A stretch of DNA of 64,000 bases from Nymphaea colorata (lineage: Eukaryota). Positions 12,280 through 25,030 of this stretch are shown here, one piece after another (within the stretch, counting starts at the first letter, position 1; each line of letters starts with the position of its first letter). The notes beneath the pieces are model-generated. The model saw only the letters and a list, made by a program, of their open reading frames with translations, was not told the DNA's origin and did not search any database. Where the stretch lies: NCBI RefSeq assembly GCF_008831285.2, contig NC_045138.2:34906001-34970000 (forward strand), written 5' to 3'. The translations under genes were made by a program, and so were the position numbers.

Positions 12280-13800
12280 TTTATTTTCATCCGTTGAAAG
12301 AGGGAGGCATCTTACACCTGAGGGATGCTAAGGATTACAGTCGCTGCTTATAATAGAAACTCACTATCGGGCATGGATAGGTTTGAAGGATTGGTTGATG
12401 AATGCTTTGTTAATTGTAGAGAAGCCAAAGGAGGATGTTCACACTATGGGGTTTAGAAAGGTCTGCTTATAGAAACTCCCTATGGGGCATGGATAGGTTT
12501 GAAGGATTGGTTGATGAATGCTTTGTTAATTGTAGAGAAGCCAAAGGAGGGATGTTCACACTATGGGGTTTAGAAAGGTCACTTGTCTCCGACCAACTAG
12601 TGGTGCAAGGCTGCAGGCGGCCTAGTGAGTGGGAGTCCTACCGAAGCATCTCTCGATGTTGGCAAGTTAATGGTGAGAGTTGCAAGCCGAGTCTTTTTTC
12701 TTGGAAGGAGGCGAAATTGTGATTGCCTTTCCATTCAGAGTCTACAAGTGAGTTTAAAAAAAGGGTGGTGGGTGGACTATTAGATGAGCAAGAACAAGCA
12801 AAGTGGATCGGTGCACTACTCGTTGTAGGCATACAGAGAGGGGTGGTGGGTGGACTATTAGATGAGCAAGAACAAGCAAAGTGGATCGGTGTACAGAGAG
12901 CTGCAGTTAGATGGCTTGCAACTATGCAATCGAGTTAGTACTTGCTGCAAAAACTAGGGGACTCAATGTCATTGAGGGCAGGAACGGAGCAGCAAGTTTG
13001 GAGAAGATGGGTAATCAACAGCTTGTTAGAGTCCATCTTACCATAGCTATAGCTGGAACTATGCGAGACAAAGTAGTTCCAATGAGGCAGGCTGAACTCT
13101 CTAAAGATGCTACCATTGGGTATCAATTTTTTAAAACATGCTTGTGGGTAGAGAAAAAAAAAGACGGGAGAGTCACATTCCTGCTAGCAGTGTTGCATCA
13201 ATATACCCCAAGCTTTAAGCTTTTAGGGGGGGGGTTGCACCTTAAGATCTTTGCAGCTGTCATGGTAGCTTGAACAGGCAATAGGCATTGTTGATAAAAG
13301 GGAGACAGAGTTAAGAATGATCCAGGCAGAATTGGAGAGGGGGCATGTAGGTGACCGAATGGTTACAAGCATTGTATCTGTCGGAGGGGGAACGAGATGG
13401 AAGCCTATAATAAATCCAAAAAGAAATGAATGATGCATTCTCTGTGATAGTAGGATCACATGTTCCTCGGAGTACTAAGCAGGTAGAGGGGCATATATCA
13501 CAATTCAGGCATTTCCAAACCTTTAAAGATAAGTGAAGAGATTGCTCAGCCTTCAAGAATGATGAGCACCTTTCTTAATCTCCTGAGGCACACCTTGTTG
13601 ATGACCCATTTCCAACCAGTCACAGCAAACTCGTCTGACGAGCACTTTGAAGTTAATTTCAAGGTTAGGCTAACATTGATTGAAATTGCCAGAAAATTTA
13701 AGAAATATCCTTTTAACAAAGATGTTGTTCGGGTAATTACACAATTAGGAAGCGGCTGTTGAAGTTGTAGAGAGGGGAAAAGATTTTGCCATATTAAATA
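12280..13800 (+). mobile_element. Highly degenerate LINE (L1-like) ORF2 C-terminal remnant, also at ~61020-62550 and partly at 10740-10920
   Basis: Weak motifs in the expected order across frameshifts: LVDECFVNC (~YADD), KWIGALL (~KYLGxPL), RRWVINSLLESILP (~GRLxLINSVLxSIP), CLW, GGLHLKI (~GGLGIxD), KGNYTI (~zf-RVT G-FS). Each match is poor on its own. Confidence 0.4.
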
Positions 13801-16800
13801 TTCATTCCAGTGGGCCTACCCTGGTCACATTGCTTGTGATGGGCTACCCTGGTCACATTGCTTGAGAAGATCTGCAAAACAAACACAGTCAAGAAGTCAA
13901 TGCACTGTGGGGGCCTGGACTGCATCTCCTGGCTCAATGGAAGGCTCTTCTCGTACAACAACCATTTTTCTTTACACGTTGAGGAGAAAGTGGTTTTAGG
14001 CATTGGGTATAAAATTGGATAAGATCCCCAAGAGACTGATCTAGTAGTGCTTATAAGAACCGAAAATTAGATGGTTTAAGTAGTTTGTCTCTTGACCAAG
14101 GTGACATCAGTCTAGATTTGGCCCTTCAACTTAGATTATAATATTGAACAACCACAATTGTAGGGGACGTACCTGATGAAATTCACATTGAAGTACAGGC
14201 AGCTAAGCCACAGTTGTTGTTGGCCTTTTCAACGGGAGAGAATTAGGAGTCTTTTTCTGCTTATGACAAAATACAGAAGTTGGTTTAACTGTCAAAGTGT
14301 TTGGCATTGGTATAAAATTGTGTGGGATCCCCAAGAGACTGATCTAGTAGTTTTTTTATATATGATTTTCTGTCTTCAATATATACGATAAACAATCTAT
14401 TCTGTTTGAAGGTCGCCTTATGTTGTTATATTTGTCATCTTGACACTTCTTTAAATTATTAATTATCTAAGAAGGGGAAATGAGTTTTCCTTGGAACTGT
14501 GGCTTTTATGGGAAAACTGAAGGATTTGGCCTCATAAGTATTGACCAAATGGTTTGAATAACGCTAGGTTGTGGAAGGATTACACTGGTTTGTAATTGTT
14601 GGAATCATACCCTTATGGGGAAAGTTATTCACATATGAGAACAACTATGTGGCAGAAGGTCTTTTTGCGTGAGTCTGTCACCATGTTCCTTCTGCGTTGC
14701 AAGAGAAAGATTAGGCGCTTATACGAGATAGAAAAGATACTATAGCCATTTTCTCTGGATTTAGATATTTGTAGGTTCTTAAAAAGTTTGAATTTTAACA
14801 TAAAATATTCTTGGAACCAAGTTTAAATTAATTGGAATTTAACTGTTCCCATTTACCAATCCAACTACATGAAAATGTGGTGGAATCTTTCCTAGATGGG
14901 GTGACGGGGGGCTGGAAATAGGTCTGTCTCTGGCTGATCCGGACTTCATGGAGCCCAGCATGCATACTCGCATGTTTTATACTCATGCGGCAGAAATTTG
15001 AGTTCAGAATTGCTGAAATTTGTAGCAGATTCTTTCTCTGACTAACTTGAGATCCAAAATTTATCTTTTTATGGATCTTAGACTCGAATCTGCAGGATCC
15101 TTCATGTTTTTGGAGCAGGTTAGTACTCACTCGATTTCTTGTTGTGTCATATTAGTTGAGTAGATGCCTTAGGTATTGTACTTGTTCAGTGTAAGTCAAG
15201 GTTACTGGTTTCGTTTGTTTTCAGTAGGATCATATTCTTTCTTAGTTAGATTATTTTAGTTTTGTTGAGTTGGGCAATTGTTGGTTTGATTTATAGTAGT
15301 TCGATCGTTTTATTTTATTTTTTGCTTGAGTGGTTTTCCAGCATAGTGCTTGTCATGTTAATTTTCACTTTCGCTGTGGCATGGGTTGTTTGTTGAAATA
15401 GTTGCTTGGTTTTTTCTTTGTCTGTCTTTGCTCAATTCTTTTGATAAATAAAACTTGATCAAGTCATGGGTCTAATGGTTGCGCCACGTTCTTGATGTAG
15501 TCTTTGAACTACATATCATGTATATATTGCTGATCAACCTGTAAGGTTGAAGGTTGAACGGTGGATCAGCTGAGCCACGACTTCAACTAGTCATTGCGTC
15601 TAAGTTCAGTTATGTCCACCAAGTCCCTACCCAACAACAAGAAACAACCTGCGATTAGTGATTGAAGACATTGTCAAGTGCTTAAATTAATCCCCTTTAG
15701 AAAAGAGGAAATGTCTTTCTTCCTTACATGAGAAATTGAAAAACTTGAAGCTTTTGTGGTGGCGGTGCACTGCACTTAATATTACATTACTGTGACAAAA
15801 TTTTCATGCAGATAAATCATAAGAAAAGAGGAAAGAGAAAAAGCACCTGGCCACGTTCAAACCCTGTCGAGTCGACAAACAACAGCGTTAGTAACAGAAC
15901 AAGATGATCAAATTCAGTCAGCGGTAGCAGGAGACCCTCAATTCAACAGAGAAAGGTGTGTAGAAGACATCTATTCGAGATCCTTCCTGAACCAACAAAG
16001 AACCTGCAAAAGGAATCTCTACGCCGACGAATAGGGAAAATCGATCAGTAAAACGGAAGCAATGGAGCAAGTCTAATTCGAAAACCGAAGTTCAGAGAAA
16101 GGGAAAACTCGCAATCACAAACCTCTGTATACGGCTTCCACCAGACGATTGGGGGCACCTTCCTGCCGGAAAATTAAAGGAACCTTATAATCTGTAGGGA
16201 ATATGGAGAAGCTCTCAGAGTTGGGGTCGACGGGATCGCCATCGATGGATATGCCGGACGAATCACAACCCCTATGTTGTCGTCGTCGGAGAAAGGGCCT
16301 CGAGAATGTACCTTCTGCCCCTATTGTAGTTGATGTACGCGAAAATCCCACACACGTTTTTCCTCTCTCAATCTAACAACATGCAGATCGAAAGCTAGAA
16401 CTACAAATCTTGAAGATCGAATTCTGTTTTGAATCCTTCTATTCAAAGAGAGCATAAAAACATTTCAACGTCAGAGAGAGAGCTGCTGACATAGTCCCCT
16501 AGCTTCTGTAAGAGGACACTGCTGACTTTTTCACAGGTTGGAAATTAATTCCGCCGTCCGTCAGCCGGAGAAGGAGCCAGCCGTTCCCTTGTTTCAATTT
16601 ATAATATTTAAACTACTTTAAATTTAAATAAAAAATTAGCCCATCTTCATTTATGTTTCATTCTCATGATTTCGTCCTCAAGAAATAATCTTGCACCTTT
16701 TTTCAACACGTTTTCTAAAAAAATTCAGAAAGAATGTGACAACATTTATAATTTTGAGAAGCGTGAGAAAATATACAAAACAATAAAACATTTCTGGACA

Positions 16801-18492
16801 CCTAAACAAGTGTCGATACATCGAAAGACAACATCTAATAACAAATATTTCACCCAAAAAAAAAACTTCTTCTAAATAATATCAACATTATTGCCTGAGG
16901 GCATAACTTTGTTTGTTGAAACTTGAATATGAAAAAAAACTCAATGTGATTCCATTTTAATAAGGGCTATATTTTTAGCTTATAGGGTGTGTCTGTGAAT
17001 TATATCTAAGTGCTTGACACAATTTCAAGCATGAAAGTGAAGAGAGATCACACTGTCCGAGTGCAGGTCAAAGACACCCTGTCCTCTTCTTATCCTTTAG
17101 GTTTAAGCTACCGCTTCTTCCTTTCCCATATCTTCAAGGTATACTGATCTTTTTGTTGATTCGGGACGACATTCATATATATTTCAACTTGCACATCAAT
17201 GTTTACTCCTTTTACAACTCAAAAAGTTGTTGCCCATAAGATTTAAATAAGAAACTGACCACTTTCAGATCCCTAATCAGTCTCTTGTGCCAACCCTTAA
17301 GGATATTGTGATGGCTCATCTAAAAAAGATCTATAGTTCGTTTCAGTCCAAGCCATGGCAAATTTATTTGATTTAGTGTACAATTTCTAAACTTTGTTAT
17401 TTTTTTATTAAAATATTATGTTCATTTAACTTTTTAAAAAAGTAATTTTTAATAGTCTTGATTCACAAAACTTTACGGTATAAACACAACCACAATCATC
17501 TTTGTATGTTCTTGAAGGTGGTGCTCGACTCACGAAGACCGGTAGGAAGCCATTTCGGACTCTATCTTCGTCCATGATATCAAGATCCAATGCAAACCTG
17601 CTCCCGTTCCTTTAGTCCAGGTGTTGCAAGCTCAAAACTGGAGGCAATCGATACATGGATAACATTTGGGTTTGGGCTCTTGTCCAAATCTAAAGTATGA
17701 AAAAGTTTGAATCTTCCGCAACGCAATGGACCCTCATCACATTATCTCGGGTCCATCTTTGGACCGAGTTTCTAAATCCATATTTGACCAGCATTCGCTT
17801 TGGTAGGGGACCCAAAGATGGTCCACACGCAGCATAAAACTTCTTCCATTTCAAGTGTTACTGGAGTCGATTCAAATCCAACTCCAAATCTCACTCTCAT
17901 AACCGTCAACAGAAATCAAATCCAATTATGCCTCCGATAACATGGATTTGGGTACGATATGTATTTTTTTTGGTTGGCTGCTTATGTTTCGATTGCTTTG
18001 TTTGGGAGAGACTACACAATTTTGCGGCGAAGTTTTTGAGTTGCGTGCAGGAAGGTCAGATCTCCATTTTCAAGTACGACACCAAGGCAAGGAAGACAGA
18101 ATTACTGGCCTACTTGCTGAGCTTGCTTTGAGGTGGAAAGCGAGAATATAAAGCCTTTTAGTAACACCATGTTATTGTGTTACATCCATCACGTATTTGC
18201 TACAAAAATTAAGGTCTGGCCTCTGTAGGCTGCAAGTGCGGCACAAAATATCTGTGGGCAGTCCTGCCCATGGGCTGGGTACCTCCTGCTATATAAATTG
18301 GAAGATCACCTAATGTCTAGATTAGACTTAAATAAATTAAAGTACGTCGCTGATCTACTATTTTGAGTGTTGGCTGGTTGGAGTCAAGAAATTTATTTGG
18401 CTTTTGACGACAACAATGAAAAAAAGAAGCAATTTTTCTTTCCTCTTGAGTTATAAAAGGCAACCCAAAGAGATATATATATATATATGAAG

Positions 18493-18658
18493 TAAATCTT
18501 CTTCAGCGACCGGTTATCCGGATAAACTGGGATAAAGTGGGAACTGGATCCCATGAACGCCACCGAGAAGATGAGTATTAAATCTTGTTCAGCGACCGGT
18601 TATCCAGATAAACTGGGATAAAGTGGGAACTGGATCCCATGAACGCCACCGAGATGAG
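18493..18658. repeat. Two-copy tandem duplication, period 86 bp
   Basis: CAGCGACCGGTTATCC(G/A)GATAAACTGGGATAAAGTGGGAACTGGATCCCATGAACGCCACCGAGA starts at 18504 and 18590. Confidence 0.95.
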
Positions 18659-18959
18659 CCAGAAAAGCTATTATGTAATTAAGGTATATTTCATGAACAT
18701 TTCATGAAAAAGAAGAATCATGAAGAACCAGTTTCATATGCAGTTACAAGCTTCCTCTTTGAATATTCGGCCATATTTAAATTCAGTGAAGGCCACTTAT
18801 CACTCAGGCCACTAATGACTAATCATTTGGTTGCAGCCTATCTCTATGGGGAGAAGCAAGAACTACCTGGAACATTTTCATATTAATGAAATACTAGAAA
18901 CATGACATACGAAAGTATAATTTACATTCAGTTAAATACATTTACACACTACTGCATAC

Positions 18960-20001
18960 CTGATCGCCTGTGGTAGATGGGGAGAGAGAGTCCACCAAAT
19001 GTGGCTTTAAACATTGCAACTATTTGCCAAAACCTCTCAAGCTTTGATTTCCTGTGGAAGCTTAACGATAGCAAAACGAGAAAGTCTCAGCTTCACATAT
19101 ATATAGTGATTTGAGTCAAAACATTCAAACTAGTTTTAGCCCCATATCCAGAAAGCTTGCTTGAAATAGAAATATCGAGCAACATGGGAGTTTAATGTGA
19201 AAATGGATCAATCCAGTTGTAGTAGCGTGTAGAAGGTGGTTTACTCAGACCTTTAGAATGTCAGGGCACTTGACCAGCCCTCCAGATAAAAGAGTTGCAA
19301 TAAGGCCCATAAATGAACACAATCCACTCCATTACATATGGGTTCAAACCTGTGGAAAGTCATGTAGGATTCAAATAAATAAATCATGAACGAACACATG
19401 GCGTCCTTATTATGTCCGTCAAGAACTATAGACAAAACCAAGATATCAAAAGGTCAAGAAAGTAAACACTAAGTATTTATTTAAAAGAAAAAAGGGTCAA
19501 CAGAAAGGAACCAAAAAAAAAAAACAGCTATAGGAAGTGCAAGCTTTGTTGCAACATCAATTTAGGTCCTGGAAATTGGAAATAAAAGACCAATCTAGGA
19601 AAAAATGGGTCACATATTTCATCTATAAACAACAAATTTACATATGGCAACAACATCTTTACCTTAACACATTAAATATGAGCATCTTTTACTTCAGTTA
19701 ATATCCAAGCATTGCTTTTTGTGTTCTTTTATGCACTTCAAGTAATTTTCACATTGTATTGATTATATGGTAATTTTTCTGTTCCTTTATGCACTTTAAC
19801 TAATCTTGACATTGTGTTGATTATATGGTAAGGGCACCTGATAAATGAAATCATTATTAAATGTGAACATGTTTTACTGAAACAACATAAAATATGAAAG
19901 GAGTGACCCAAAAAAGCTCAAACATTTGCAAAATTATTCAAAGTAGAGAAAGTATAAGATCACATACCACTATCTACTGCATATGCACCTGTCAGTGAGA
20001 C
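18960..20001 (-). pseudogene. Unidentified spliced gene relic with three candidate exons (20001-19968, 19349-19251, 19051-18960)
   Basis: Each segment is bounded by YAG| and |GT on the minus strand. The joined reading gives VSLTGAYAVDS-GLNPYVMEWIVF-(frameshift)-MGLIATLLSGGLVKCPDILK-EIKA*EVLANSCNV*. Family not recognised. Confidence 0.35.
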
Positions 20002-20454
20002 CTGCAAAAATGTACCATCAGTGACCATAAAGACTGGATATTTGAGATTTCTCCACGTGAACTCAACTGAAGACTTGCACCCACAGACTACTAGTAAAGG
20101 TAAAAATAGCTTATCTATAGTTAACAGGTGCTATTCCCAAACAGATAGTTTATCCTTCATGTAAGCAATAGATTGCCACTACTTGCAGCAGATATCCCTA
20201 CCCCTAAGCTTTTTCTAGTGAAATCATAAGGCTACTCTCCCTTCTTAGTTTGGCTTTATTGATGAATGATGATAAGAACCTCCATTCTCTAGTCAAAAAC
20301 CTAAAATTTACATAGTTTCAATGACAACATATGACTAGTTGAACAACTACTATGTATGTCATACCTCTCTAGTGGATTATCATCTGACTGAAGTTGAGCA
20401 GCTCTATCATTTGCCTCATTTGAATGCATTGATGAACCTAGCATACATTCACTA

Positions 20455-20626
20455 TGTTGAAGTATTCGCCTTGATTAATTATCAGCAAATGAGTGTAAAC
20501 AGGAGTTATCCTTATTATTTTATTTCTTTTGTGGACCTTTATTATAATTCTGTTTAGCGAACCCTAATCCTCAATAATATGGGATTAGGGTGAATGAAGA
20601 TCAATTCCTTTCAGACCTGTGTAACA
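20455..20626 (+). mobile_element. 5' LTR of a Ty1/copia retrotransposon (172 bp)
   Basis: TGTTGA...TAACA termini lie immediately before a PBS. It contains an internal hairpin ACCCTAATCC...GGATTAGGGT (20561-20591). The start is inferred because no 3' LTR is present. Confidence 0.7.
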
Positions 20627-20638
20627 TGGTATCAGAGC
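20627..20638 (+). promoter_or_regulatory. Primer binding site complementary to initiator tRNA-Met
   Basis: Exact TGGTATCAGAGC directly after the LTR-terminal CA. Confidence 0.9.
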
Positions 20639-21369
20639 TGACAAACCTAGCTTGGCCAGACACCAGCAGGTCTTCTACTTCTTTTTCTTCTTCCTCTCTT
20701 CTTTCTCCCTCTTTCTTCTCTACTTTTTTTTTTTCTTGGTACACGTCTGAGTGCTGCAAGGATGTAGCCATTGGTGGATGATCAGGGATCTGATTACCGC
20801 TGAATATTATGGAGCACGGAGCATACTTCTCTATTTCTAGTTGTCGTTGACAATGGTCATGGATCACAATTGGTGAGCTGCAAGAAGATTTCTAAGTCAG
20901 GGAAGATCTGAAGTCCTTCAAACGAGTCCAAATTGGGTGAGTTATTCGCAAGTCGTCTAGTGCAGCCCTCACATGTTGTTGTCGATGTTAGTTCAGTTTT
21001 TTTATATCTGAAATTTTCTTCATGAAATATACATCAGGTCTAGATGATTTCTGTTAATTGTTGCAGTTAACGTCTAATATGAGTTCTTGTTTGCTAATTG
21101 TCATTATCCTGTCAATGGATTGATGATACTGCTAGTTGTGTCAACTTGGATGTAATATTTAGATCATGGTGTTTATATACGTTAAAGACAGAGAACCAAA
21201 TTTGATTTTTTTGAACAGAACCAATCTGATCAACGATTGGATCTGCACAACTGGTTATTGCTTAAAGTTTGTGTGCATGTTAATTGATGGAGCAACCTGG
21301 TGGTTGTCGATTGTTGGAATTTTTTGGTCATGCATTCCTAGCAGCTGAATATTAATTTCTTTAACTGCC

Positions 21370-21740
21370 ATGGCTGAGGAAAAGGGTCACAAGAGTGATT
21401 CCACATTTGATCTTGTGGCTAAGTATAAGGCAATTGCTAATACTTTCTCATATGGGTCAGCTATCAAATTTGACAACAACAACAACAATGAAAGGTGCTC
21501 AAGAAGTTTGATGATGTCAGTGATAGGGCATCGAAGAGAAAATATTCTTTCAAATCTGAACCCAAGGAGAAGACCGGAAAATATGATGCATGGTGAGAGA
21601 ATAACAATATTGCCATGTACTGGATTATGAACAGTATTCAAACATATCATAGTTACCCTAGTTTACCACACTATAGCAAAACAAACGTGGGATTCATTGT
21701 GAGACACATATTGTAAGGATAAAAATGTCAGCAAGATTCT
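21370..21740 (+). pseudogene. gag: Ty1/copia gag N-terminal remnant
   Basis: AIKFDNNN..SRSLMMSVIG, then after frameshifts KYDAW*ENNNIAMYWIMNSI and TIAKQTWDSL*DTY, which is the typical copia gag N-terminal pattern. It lies downstream of the PBS. Confidence 0.75.
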
Positions 21741-21744
21741 ATAG

Positions 21745-22722
21745 GTTCCACACAAGATCTTTCAACTTCAACGGGTGATTACACCTCATTTACTTCCCAT
21801 CCATCCTTTTGTGCTCATAATGAGACTATCACACCACATTTACTTTTTATCTCTTCAACACTATTGAAGTTACGTGTGCCATTCTCTTTGCCAAGATGAT
21901 GCAACATAAATAATCGTCCCAAATAAAGTACGCCTTTTTATCGCTTTTCATTATGAATATGCACCCACATGTAGCATCCACTACTTGCCTATGACAACCA
22001 ATCAACATATTATTTTAATACCACCTAATTACTATTTTTAATGGTGGGACATTGCTTCATCAAGATCCTTAAATAGTTCTCCGATGTCACGACACTGCTT
22101 CCCCGTTGTTGAACGAGATTCATCATAGACCTTCCATCCTATTTCGATTTACCTATATGGAAATCTATTTTTCAAAAACTTTTTGCATCTCCTCTCATTT
22201 ACTAATATTAACAACACCCAACAATTTCAACCCGTATTTGTTTGTTCATCACTATTTGTCAAGAATGTGCTCCCACATGCAGCATCTGCTACTTTCCAAA
22301 GACAACCAGCCAGCCATTTATTTTAATTGAAAATAATTGACATTTTTGAGCTTGATTGTCGGGACATTGTCTCATCAAGATCCTTGAATAGTTGCCAGGT
22401 CTCATGATGATGGAAGGGTCTTCATGGCCTTTTTCATGAAAAGATTGTAGCATTTTTCATCAATGAAAATTGAGCGTCTCAACCATCTGGCCTCAAACTG
22501 CTGAAGGCAGCATGACATTATTATATTGAAAAATAAACCTTAAGTAATCGAACATTTAGTTAACTATTTTCATCATGTTCTCGCACTTGTCTAGTGTTGC
22601 ATGCTTTTCATTGTCATTCCTTTTGTCTCACCCATAACCTCCTAAAAGTGACCATTACATTGATGCATCTAGTTGGCCATACATTGGTTGTGTCAACCAG
22701 CCAGTCATTTATTTCAATTGCA
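21745..22722 (+). repeat. Diverged satellite-related block separating copia gag from pol
   Basis: 22580-22722 is a partial 307-bp monomer (CGCACTTGTCTAGT...TTTCAATTGCAT). GGGACATTG..TCATCAAGATCC pieces occur at ~22046 and ~22360. 22235-22300 matches 41325-41390 at the right flank of the array. Confidence 0.75.
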
Positions 22723-25030
22723 TTTTGTTAAAGCTTTTTAGAGTCAATTTGAGTCCTTTTGAAATATTAGAAGGTGGACAAGGGTCTACTTATTGTTTTC
22801 AAGTCAGAATCCATCGAGTCAAAGTCCCTTTGATCTTCTGCATCTTGATGTTTGGGGTTCAAGTCGTGTTTCCCGTCGTTTACGTTTCTGGTATTACCTT
22901 GTTTTGGTTGACGATTTTACTAGAGTCAGTTAGGTATTTTTGTTACGGAACAGGTTTGAAGTCATCTATATTCTTCAGAAATTTGTCAATGAAATAAAAA
23001 CTCAGTTTGGTGGTATTGTAAAAAATATTCACACTGATAATGCTCTTGAATTTAAGTCTTCAGTTCTACTCCAATTTTATGTCAATCATGGAATTCAACC
23101 ACAATATACATGTCCCCACACATACCAACAAAATGGTGTTGCTGAACGCAAACATCGACAGCTTCTAAATGTGGCCCGTACCCTCATGTTGCACACTTAT
23201 ATGTCTGCCTATTTTTGGGGTGATGCTATTCTTACCGCATGTTATCTCACCAACAAATTGCCCTCGTCTGCCATTCAAGAACGCATCCTCATTCAAATAC
23301 TATATCCAGATCGACCACCATTTCATATACCCCCCAAAGTATTTGGATGCACTTGTTTTGCACACATCTTGGGCCCAAACAAAAACAAACTTGCTGCCCA
23401 AGCTGTCAAATGTGTGTTCATTGGATATTCTGCCAATCAAAAAGGCTATCGATGTTCTGATCCCCATACCAAGAAAGAGATTGTCAGTGCAGATGTTACA
23501 TTTTTTGAGTCTCGTTCTTATTTCTCTGTTCCAAGTACCACTGTGTCTGAGCTTCCTGTGTCTGTTCCTCTTCCTATTCTCCCAGTATCACTTGAGTCGA
23601 TCTCGTCCTCTCCACCATTATCAGGTGATCATTTTCTTGATCCTCCAATACGTCTATACCCGGCGTCAAGTTCCCTCTCCCAACCTCCCACCAACATCTT
23701 CTCATGAGGTAAGTTTTAATGATAAAACTGACTCAGGAAGAAATGATGGCTATTCTGCAGATGATCTACCTATTGCTATTCGCAAGGGTCGGCGGCAGTG
23801 CACAAGGCATCCGATTTCTAACTCGGTTTCTATGGACCATTTGAGCACAAGTTTGGTGCAATTTGATCGAGCTATAGCTAGTCATACTATTCCGACCTCT
23901 CACCACCAAGCCTTGTTAGATTCACGATAGAAGCACACTATACAGGAAGAAATTGATGCTCTTCTTTCTAAGGAGACTTGGGACTTGGTGGACCTACCAT
24001 TGAATTGTGATGTTGTCGGCTCCAAATGGGCATTCACCATCAAATATCATTTTGATGGGTCTGTAGAGCGATTCAAAGCTCGTCTTGTGGCTAAAGGCTA
24101 TGCACAGACTTATGGGGTGGACTTCTTCGAGATGTTTTCGTCTGTGGCATGGTTATCAGCTTGATGTGAAAAATGCATTTCTATATGGTGATCTCTCTGA
24201 AACAGTCTATATGCAACAACCACTTGGTTTTGAACGACAGGGGGAATGTTTGAAGACATGCAAACTTAAAAAGGCTATGTTGATGATAATGTCCTCACTG
24301 GAGAAAGTACTCAAGAGATAGCTCAGATAAAGGAGTTCTTACAGAAACACTTTGTCACAAAAGATCTTGGTCAACTTCGATATTTCCTTGGTATTGAAGC
24401 GGCTCGTAGTAGTAAAGGGATTGTGATGTCTCAAAGGAAATATGTTCTTGATCTTTTGCAGGAAACATGGTTATTAGGAGCCAAACCTGCTACACTTTCT
24501 ATGAATCCTTGAATTCATATGCATGATGATGAATCAGAGGCTTTTGACTTTCGTTCTTACAGATCTGTGATAGGAAAACTTTTATATTTGACCATCACTC
24601 GTCCAGACATCAGCTTTGCTGTAAATAAGCTTAGTCAATTCACGGAGAAACCTCGAAAAGTTCATTCTGAGCTGCTTTTAGTGGTGATAAAATACTTGAA
24701 ATCAGCCCCAGGAAAGGGTTATGGTTCAAAAAAGGAGAATGTGTGGACATAGAAGCATATAGTGAAGCTGATTATGCAGGGTTAGTAAATGCTAGGAGAT
24801 CTACTACATGTTTTTGCGTCTTTATTGGCGGGAATCTTATTTCTTGGAGGAGCAAGAAACATAATGAGGTTGCTAGATCAAGTGCTAAGTTTGAATATAG
24901 AGCTATGGCTCAAACAACAGCTGAAATGTCATGGGTCAAATCAGTGCTTATAGAATTGAGAATTTCAGTGAAACTTCCTATGAAGATGTATTGTGATAAC
25001 AGAGCAGCTACCTACATTACAAATAACCCT
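22723..25030 (+). mobile_element. pol: Ty1/copia pol remnant (integrase - RT - RNase H), disrupted and 3'-truncated
   Basis: PFDLLHLDVWG, VDDFTR, HTDNALEF, QQNGVAERKHR, CVFIGY..QKGYRC (integrase); [36 protein letters not shown] (RT); YSEADYAG..RRSTT, EYRAMA, YCDNRAA (RNase H). Stops, frameshifts and two internal RT deletions are present. Confidence 0.95.

Larger units (their letters stand above)
12074..14055 (+). repeat. Segmental duplication block Y, copy of 60830-62782
   Basis: Collinear from CTCACGTAGTCTGTAG to CTAGTAGTGCTTATA; the ORF track gives near-identical peptides at both places. Confidence 0.95.

Noticed and set aside
15480..16400. Minus-strand spliced 5' region with a 78-aa ORF
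   Set aside because: Splice-like signals are present, but the ORF has a non-ATG start and no recognisable homology.
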